In this document: positions 1-7,500 of the stretch, piece after piece
Layout: every line of letters begins with the position of its first letter
Position numbering within the stretch: position 1 is the stretch's first letter
Position numbers and translations under genes: made by a program
The notes under the pieces: model-generated
Databases searched by the model: none
What the model saw: the letters and a program-made list of their open reading frames with translations, nothing else
What the model was told of the DNA's origin: nothing
DNA from: Candidatus Micrarchaeota archaeon
Lineage (GTDB): Archaea > Micrarchaeota > Micrarchaeia > Norongarragalinales > SBBD01
DNA: 64,000 nucleotides
Direction of reading: 5' to 3'
Assembly (NCBI GenBank): GCA_018819225.1
Contig: JAHJQN010000001.1
Coordinates: 70,527-134,526, forward strand

Positions 1-689
1 GCGTCATCCTCGTTTTGAAGGGAAATGCGCACCGTGCCGCCGTTTGCTTCAATATCGGCTTTGGTGAAGCTCATCAGCTTATCCACGAAACCGGAAGCCG
101 TAACTTTTACCGTGACGTGATTGGGAAGGGAAGGAAGAACAAACGAGGCAATGCCGGAGAACTCGGAGAACCCGTCGTGGGACGTTCCATCATCCATCGT
201 TAAGGTGACGGATGCACCCGTGATGGCACGTTCATTTTCATCGGCAACAAGCACGGAAAAGAATTCTTTCTGGTCTTCGAAACTCAGCGGATCGCCCAGC
301 GGAATGTTCGTGGTATCGAAGGAAATGCGTCGGTCGAGCTCGTCAAACACCGCATTCGCGTCGGTTACGCGTATTCGAAGGCGCGCTTCAGTTGAAATGC
401 CTTCGAACGAGACTTTTCCTTCATCGTCGGATTTCGATGACGCCAGTTCGTCCTCATCATCGTATAAAACCACATTCAATCCCGGAATCGCGTTTCCCTG
501 GGCATCCGTAATGGTGAACGCGACGGTTTGCGTTCCGGGTGCAAAGGATTGGTAGGCGAGGAATGCGATGCCCGCAATTAATACCAGCACGACGGCGGGA
601 ATGAGCACGCGGGGATTGGGAACGCCTTGTTCTTCGAGATTCTCGATAAATTCGTCATATTTTTCCCTGACTTCTTCGAATGAGGCCAT
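1..689 (-). CDS. Membrane-anchored surface protein with carboxypeptidase-regulatory-like beta-sandwich repeats (5' part only; runs off the window start)
   Basis: Absent from the ORF track because there is no in-window stop. Manual translation from ATG at 689 is open to the edge: MASFEEVREKYDEFIENLEEQGVPNPRVLIPAVVLVLIAGIAFLAYQSFAPGTQTVAFTITDAQGNAIPGLNVVLY... It has one N-terminal TM helix followed by 'TxTDxxGxxIxGxxVxL' repeats, like the N-terminus of the 1590-10370 protein. Confidence 0.85.
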   Translation of the reverse strand, partial: MASFEEVREKYDEFIENLEEQGVPNPRVLIPAVVLVLIAGIAFLAYQSFAPGTQTVAFTITDAQGNAIPGLNVVLYDDEDELASSKSDDEGKVSFEGISTEARLRIRVTDANAVFDELDRRISFDTTNIPLGDPLSFEDQKEFFSVLVADENERAITGASVTLTMDDGTSHDGFSEFSGIASFVLPSLPNHVTVKVTASGFVDKLMSFTKADIEANGGTVRISLQNEDD

Positions 690-763
690 GAAGGGACTAA
701 TGCGTTGACGCGTTTAAAACCCTTATCCTTTTTAAATCTCGAGAGGAAGAATTGTTGCTCAAT

Positions 764-882
764 AGCCCCGTCGTATAGTGGTCAAGTACTTCAGCCTCTG
801 GAGTTCATTTTCAATGCAATTTAATTGCTTGAGAAAGAGCAGGAGAAAGCTGAAAACAGCGGTTCGAATCCGCTCGGGGCTA
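764..882 (+). tRNA. tRNA-Gln(CTG) with a 46-nt intron at canonical position 37/38 (intron 802-847)
   Basis: Acceptor stem AGCCCCG(764-770)/CGGGGCT(875-881); D arm GTATAGTGGTCAAGTAC; anticodon stem TCAGC/GCTGA with CTG at 798-800; T arm AGCGG-TTCGAAT-CCGCT. The intron folds into a hairpin with a relaxed bulge-helix-bulge junction. TTTTAAA box near 730-736. No encoded CCA. Confidence 0.93.
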
Positions 883-930
883 CTTAATCATTTCTTTGGT
901 CGGGCTTTCTTTCTAAGAAAGGTCGTTCAA

Positions 931-946
931 AATCCGCTCGGGGCTA
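931..946 (+). repeat. Exact 16-bp direct repeat of the tRNA-Gln 3' end (att-like scar)
   Basis: AATCCGCTCGGGGCTA occurs at 867-882 (inside the tRNA) and again at 931-946; both copies are preceded by GTTC. Confidence 0.85.
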
Positions 947-1019
947 TTCAAATTCTGACTTCGGGCCGGCTACCAATTATTATTAATCCCTCTCGCGTGA
1001 CTGTTTCGGGTGCTCGCAC

Positions 1020-1562
1020 ATGAAAGTAGGCTTCCTGGACTCGATTTTCAATTACGCGGATGTTTTTGAGACCGCTGCGGATACGCTGCATGAAAAAATC
1101 GCGAATTGTTCCGTAGAACGCTTTACGACGCCGCATTTGCTGAAGATTCCGGTTTGCAGCAAGCTGCTTTTTGATAAAGGCTGTGATGCAATACTCGTGT
1201 TCTTGACCGCGCTTCCGGACGATTTCGACGAGATCCGGTTGGTGCAGGAGAAGATCATTGATTTGGAGGTAGCGGAAAAAAAGTTCGTGTTCTTCACGGT
1301 TGTGAGCGACTCGGAGTTTAAGAATGAGGAGCGTTTGATTGAGTTGACGAAGGAGCGCGTGGCCATTATTGCGGATGCGCTTCAGAAAGTGGTGCAGGCG
1401 CCTTCCGAACTCGCCGGGAACATTGCGGACAACAGCATGACGAACGCGATGGACATGTTTTCCGTTCCTTCGGCGGAGACTCAAGACCCGTTGTCCAGCG
1501 ATTCAGCGGAGGACGCAATGAGTTCGGTTCTCGGGGAAGAAGAAGGGAAGAGCTTGTTTTAA
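1020..1562 (+). CDS. Divergent archaeal riboflavin synthase / lumazine synthase-fold protein
   Basis: MKVGFLDSIF...RFTTPHLLKIPVCSKLLFDKGCDAILVF aligns by eye with archaeal RibC (MKVGIxDTTF...RxTVPGIKDLPVACKKLxxxxGCDIV). Conserved residues are altered and there is an acidic C-terminal tail. Confidence 0.6.
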   Translation: MKVGFLDSIFNYADVFETAADTLHEKIANCSVERFTTPHLLKIPVCSKLLFDKGCDAILVFLTALPDDFDEIRLVQEKIIDLEVAEKKFVFFTVVSDSEFKNEERLIELTKERVAIIADALQKVVQAPSELAGNIADNSMTNAMDMFSVPSAETQDPLSSDSAEDAMSSVLGEEEGKSLF

Positions 1563-1589
1563 AATGCTCGTACGAATACGATTCCCAAA

Positions 1590-4500
1590 CTACTTGCATT
1601 GTTTGAAACCGTCGTAACGATCGTATGACGAGGGGTAACCCTGATCCGTGCAACAGCCATTCGTTCCGCAGGCATTATGCCCGTTATGACACCATGCACT
1701 TTCTCCCCATGGAACGAATGAAAATACGTTCGGGTAATTGTCAATGTTGTAGGGAAGAACGATGTCAAAGGAAGCGCTACGCGTTTTCTTCCCAGCCAAC
1801 CCGCAGCTTCCTCCGCTTTTACCCCATCGAGCTAAACGAGACAAGTACACACTTAGGAATTGATTGGAATTCTGGGACGCCGGATGAACCATAAACCAGT
1901 AGTTCGTATTATATTGCATGTTTCCCATACCGTCATCAATATTCAGGAATCCCATTTTTCTCCAGTCAGAAGTAACATCGACCGTCTTAAAGTGTTCGAA
2001 CTCGTCTCCATCCGTCTTTGGTTTTCGAATTGGATGATCCGCTCCCCTATAGTCGGGAACAATGGGCCACTCGAAGGCGAAACAGTTCGTCTGCAAATTA
2101 TCGAATTCATTTCGTAAAGCTCCCGTGCCCCAGGTTCCGCCTGGCGTGATTCCAGCTGCTGCAGGATCAAACAAGTTGCATGCCTTAACGGCACCGCACG
2201 GATCATCGTCCCCGCTTCCTCCTTCGGGCGCGCCGTCATCCGTCCAGTAACGCGGATAATTCGTTTGGAGCATCAAGGGATCGATATGGTACTTGTATTG
2301 GCCGCTGTACTGCCATACCTCTCCATCTTGGGAACGCGTTTGCAGGTTGTAGACACCCAAGCGCGCCGTACAACGGGGATTATCGTTGCGTAACTGATTG
2401 ACGTTCGTGGAATAATCGACGTCATGCAGGTCTTGAAGTGCATTGAATAATTCGTTTCCGGATGCCTGGAAGGCCATGGAAAACTCGAAGGGTTTGGCTG
2501 CCGGACTGTTCACGAAATACTTGTACGGAGATTGCGGGTCGATTTCAAACGCATCCACTAAAATTTCGTGGAGAGCCGTTTCATTCAACCACGTAAACAC
2601 GTAAATGGGTTCGAGTTCGACGGTCTTGTATCCGTCGGGACGGCATTCGCTGCACAAACCGACGTCTCCGCAGTAATCATTGGATTCTAGAACGTCTTTT
2701 CCTTCGCACGGAATGTAGCAGTTACCATTTTCTTCACTGATTTGACAATCGAATGGAAGGAATTCCGGGGGTTCGTCGTCGGGTCCGCTGGCGGGAATTT
2801 CCCGGAAGAAACTGAACGAACCGGAGGCGGGGGGGTGGGCGGCTACGCATTCAAAAGTGTACTCGTACTGGGATGGAGAATTGGGGTCATAGTCGGGATC
2901 TCCAGGACAGTTGCCGATGCATTCTTCATGGATATTGCAATCCACTCCCAGCATGAATTGGGGGGTAGCCGTATCATCGACCATCGCGCAGTAATCAGTC
3001 GTGGAAACCAGATCGCATTCGATGCCGTTATTATCATCACAACGGATGTCGCAATAATCGAGTTCCGCGGCGGTTGGATTCTGCCCGTACGTATTCGCGT
3101 ACGTATCGTGACAGAACGTGCACGGCGCTTCAATGGTTCCCGTATCCACGATCAAGTCCTGCCAATCCTCGACCAAGGAACGGCAAATATCGGTGTTGAA
3201 GTAATCCGCGGGCACAAGCTCATCGGCCGGTTTAGTGCACCAAATGGAATAACCATAGGCTCTCCGGAATGCGGTCTTTCGAGAGACCTCGCGCGCGTAA
3301 TCCGTAAAGTCGTCTAACACGTTTTTCATGTATTGAACTTCGTCAAGGTCTTCTTCGGGATTCGGAGGCAACTCGTCGGGATGATCCACGTAACATTGAA
3401 GAGAGCACTGATTTCGTTGCCAGCTACACGTACCACGATGTGCGTCCGGTTGGTCCATACATTCTAGGAAATCAGCATCACATCCTGCAAGACAGCGTTC
3501 CAAATCGGTTTGCCAGCCCGCGCCATAGTATGCGTCAAGCGCCGCCTGCTGGTGGATTTTTCGGGACAGACTTTCTTCGGCATAAGGGACGGTTACCGTT
3601 TTAATTTTGGGCGTGCGATCTCCAGCGACCACATTGCTTCGTGGGTTTAAGTACGCGCCAAACGACGATTCATCGTCCTTGTTCCAAGTAAACAGGGAAG
3701 TTCTTCCTTGATCGGAACGGTACGCCGTCGGTCCCTCGAACAAATATTTGTTTCCGGACGGAACGTATTGACCGACTTTGACGATGTCGCCTTGTCCCTT
3801 CAACTGGCGGTTATCAGTAACGTAAACGGTTCGAAGCGGGGACTCGGACTCGCGGTTGTAATCATAATATGAATAGGGATGCGGAATGATTCCGGTATAG
3901 GCATCCTTATATCCAATAGTCGAAATGTCAATGGCGGGAACGGATTCAACCGTACTTCCTTTAACGATTTCGATGTCGATGGTCTTGAGAACTTCTCCGT
4001 TCAATTCGCATTTTACTTGCATCTCCACATTTCCTTCCAATAATTCCATGGAATGGGAATTGAACGCGCATCCTGCATCATTCGTGGGATGGTAGCGAAT
4101 CGCATCTCCGCCCATGCCCGTTCCCATGACAAAGCACGTGTGCACGGGTTTTTGCAGATCGCCGTCCTTGTAGAACTTGATGTAACTGGTTCCTTCGCAC
4201 AAACCGGGTTTGTACAAGCCGGAAAAGTCGGCTTTGATGGCGTCAGCCGGGAAGATCGAGTCGACTTGGAACACTATTTTTTCGCAACTGCTTTCAATGT
4301 ACGGGCCGCGCGGGCCGTTGATTGCAACTAAAGTTAATTCGTTGCAGGAAAGGTAGTTCTCAAGAGGAGAAGGATTGCGTTGCGGCGTTCCTTCCATTAC
4401 GGCAAGATGCGTCGGGAATTCCGTGATGCGGGTGGGATTTTCTGGATCATAAAATCGTGCAGTGAACGCGACGCGCGTCGTTGGCTCCCAAGGCGTTGCG

Positions 4501-7500
4501 AAAAGCGTTCCCGTCAAACAATCCGGATTATTCAAAGGAATTTCAATGGAGTCTTCCCCAATGTCGATAGATTGACCGCCGCCGCACAGTCCATGCGTGA
4601 AGCGTAAGAAGGGATATGGACGGGCATCGAAATCGAACGTGAGAATCTGGGAATCGCCGAGTTGGTATGGCTCGATCACGTACCGGATCCGGAGCTGGCG
4701 TTCATCACAACGTTCGGAATCACAGTTCTTCATGCTGTGCGCCTCGAACCCCGGCCCGCCTCGTCCGTTCGTAGGTACCAACTGGCACGAACCGGTTTGC
4801 GATTGATCGGGATCCGTGCACTGTTGATATTGAGAGAAGTAAATCGTGATGCAGTTGCCGAAACGGCAGAGCGTGTTGCCGACCTCGCATGCTCCAATGT
4901 TATCGTCCGGAACGCTTCCGCCGAACGGGTCTTGTCCGAAAGAGGCATTGAGGGTATCGCAAACCAAGTCGTCGGAAACGCAGGAGTCGCTTCCGCAGCA
5001 TGGACCGGTCTCGTAACCGCACGCAGAACAAATTCCGAGGGGAATGGTTTCATCGGATACAATACAACGGAAGTTCGTATTGTCGCAGGGTTGAGGAGCA
5101 TTGGGATCGCATAATTGGTTGTTGCCGCCAAGCTCGCAGTGCTCGCCATCGCAGGTTTTGCACGCGGGATCGTTATTGAGGTTGACGGAATCGCAGTACT
5201 CGTTGATTTCGCAGTATGGATCGCATTGGCGGATGTCATTGCATGCGTTTTCCAAGACGCACTCGCCGGCATGGGAACCAGAACCGCAGCAAACGGTTTC
5301 GCCTAGACATTCATTTTCAGAGGATCCGCAGAACGTGGGCGATGCGCAGATGCGCCCATCGGGATCCGAGGGGCCCCAGCACTGGTAGCCGGCACCGCAC
5401 GCGGGACCAAAGTCACAGCATTGCTGACCGAATTCCCCGCAATCCACACAATACGCATCCTGGTTGCACAATAAGAATTGGTCGCAGGCATTGGCTTGCC
5501 GGCAGTATTGGTCTAATGCGGAACAAATGGGTTCTGCATCCTTGCATCTTCCATTTACGCCAGTGGAATCGCAGTACTCGTCTTCCAAGTCACATACGGG
5601 AGTGCATTCTGACACCGTGAAACCTCCAGTACATTGAGCTGCAGGAGTACACGATTTGGCACCACCGGACTCGCAGCAGACTTCATTATCTTGACAAGCT
5701 TCAGATGAATCTCCGCAAACAGTAGGATAAGTGCAAGATCCTCCGATGCATTGCATCCAGTAATCACAAGGATCGGCTCCAGAACAACACGCTTCCGAGA
5801 ATCCTCCGCATTCCGTTGGCGGTGGTCCGACGTCTTCCACGCATTCCACTAAATCGGGATCGCAGTGGAAACCGGGATCGCATATCTCGATGTCGTCACA
5901 CGTAATGTCCCTGCAGACCCATCCATCACAAAGCTGGTTTTCCTCGCAATCCGTGCTGACCAAGCACTGGTACCATTCAGGCGCGCAAACTCCTTCCGCG
6001 CAAACAAACGTTTCGTTATTCATCCACTCTCTGCACTGCTCATTGGTTGAGCATTCGGGAATGTCGACGCATACGCCGCGCACGTAAGGCGGTTGGTCAT
6101 CGCGTTGGATGCACCGGTAATCCGGCGAGTAACCGTATTCGGGACTGATGCATTGCTCGGTTTGATAGCATTCCTCGCAGAAGTTGGCGCCATTACAGTA
6201 ATAGTTGGGACCAAAGGTTCCGCAATCCGCGCTTTCCGTGCATTCGAGTTCCAAGGGCGCGCAAACATTCTCAGTTGTGCAGAACTCATCAGTACTGCAC
6301 GTGCGATGCGAGTCGTCGCAATAAAAGTCGGCGCAGAAAAGCTGGAACATGGGATGGTTCATTGGAAGCGTGGAGCAGTGCACGCAAGCCGCTTCTGTTG
6401 GAGGTCCCAGGAATACCTGACAGAAGTCTTGATTGTTGGCTGCTTGGCATGCGGGATCGCATTCGAAAGGTCCGAGGATGCACGCGTTGAGATCCGTGGT
6501 GCAAGTGAGCCCGCCTTGCGTCAAACAACACTCTTCTTCTCCGGAACAAACGTCGTTTCCGCACGCAATGCGTTCCGCGCAAATACTATCCGATGTACAG
6601 AAGAGATTGTCGCCTTCGCAGATGGAGCGCTCGCTTTGGTCTTGGGCAATGGGACAACAGTCTTGGCCTTCTTGACCGCACTCCTGGCAAATGCTTCCTT
6701 CCGGATAATGCGGGCAATAAAATTGCTGGCCGCCTTCGGGTTCGCAGTAAAGCGTTCCGAACACGTTGCAATAGCCGGGACAAACGTCTCCGATTTGATC
6801 AGGGTTCTCGCGCAATAAATCGGCGCACGGAGCGCATGAAGCCGGTAGTTCGGTGGCATCGCAATACGTTATTCCGGTGCAGGGAGGTTCGCATGAAGAT
6901 AATACGCCGTCGCAAGCCGCTTCGTTGGCAACGCACTCGCCTTCACCCGTCTGTTCGTCCGTAATGCAGCAAAGCGGAACGTCGGGAGTGCAAATTTCTT
7001 GGGAGATTCCGCAGACTGTTGGGGTAGTGCAAACATATCCGTGCTGCGAGTCTTGGCAGGTAAGCGGCGCGTCGCAAACGTTTCCGGGACAACAGGCTTC
7101 ATCCATTCCGCCGCACGTCCCGCACTGGCCGTTCACGCACTCTAAGCCAAGCGAACACGAGTCGCCGGCGCAACACGCTTGATTGTCCTGTCCGCAAGGC
7201 GTGCAGGTTCCCAGCTCGCTGCCGGGATTCTGTAAACAAATGTAGCCGGAAGGACACGCGTTTTGTTCTGATGGATCGCACATGCCGCCGGGCTCTCCGA
7301 GAGGGCAGTGCTCGGCATCGCACGCGCGGCATAATGGGTTCTCCAAATCGGATGCGTCGCAGTATTGGTCTTCGGAACATAAGGGATCGCAAATAACGGG
7401 ATCATTGCAAACGGAATGCAGCGTGCATTGTCCGAGGTATTCCTCGTCTTTGCAGCAAACCGTTGCGCCAACGCACGCATTTTCTTGCGAGCCGCAGAAT

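Noticed and set aside
947-976. TTCAAATTC...CCGGCTACCA as a third tRNA 3'-end remnant
   Set aside because: Similarity is too weak and no cloverleaf can be built.
778-1023. 81-aa ORF over the tRNA region
   Set aside because: It overlaps the tRNA-Gln gene, which explains the sequence.
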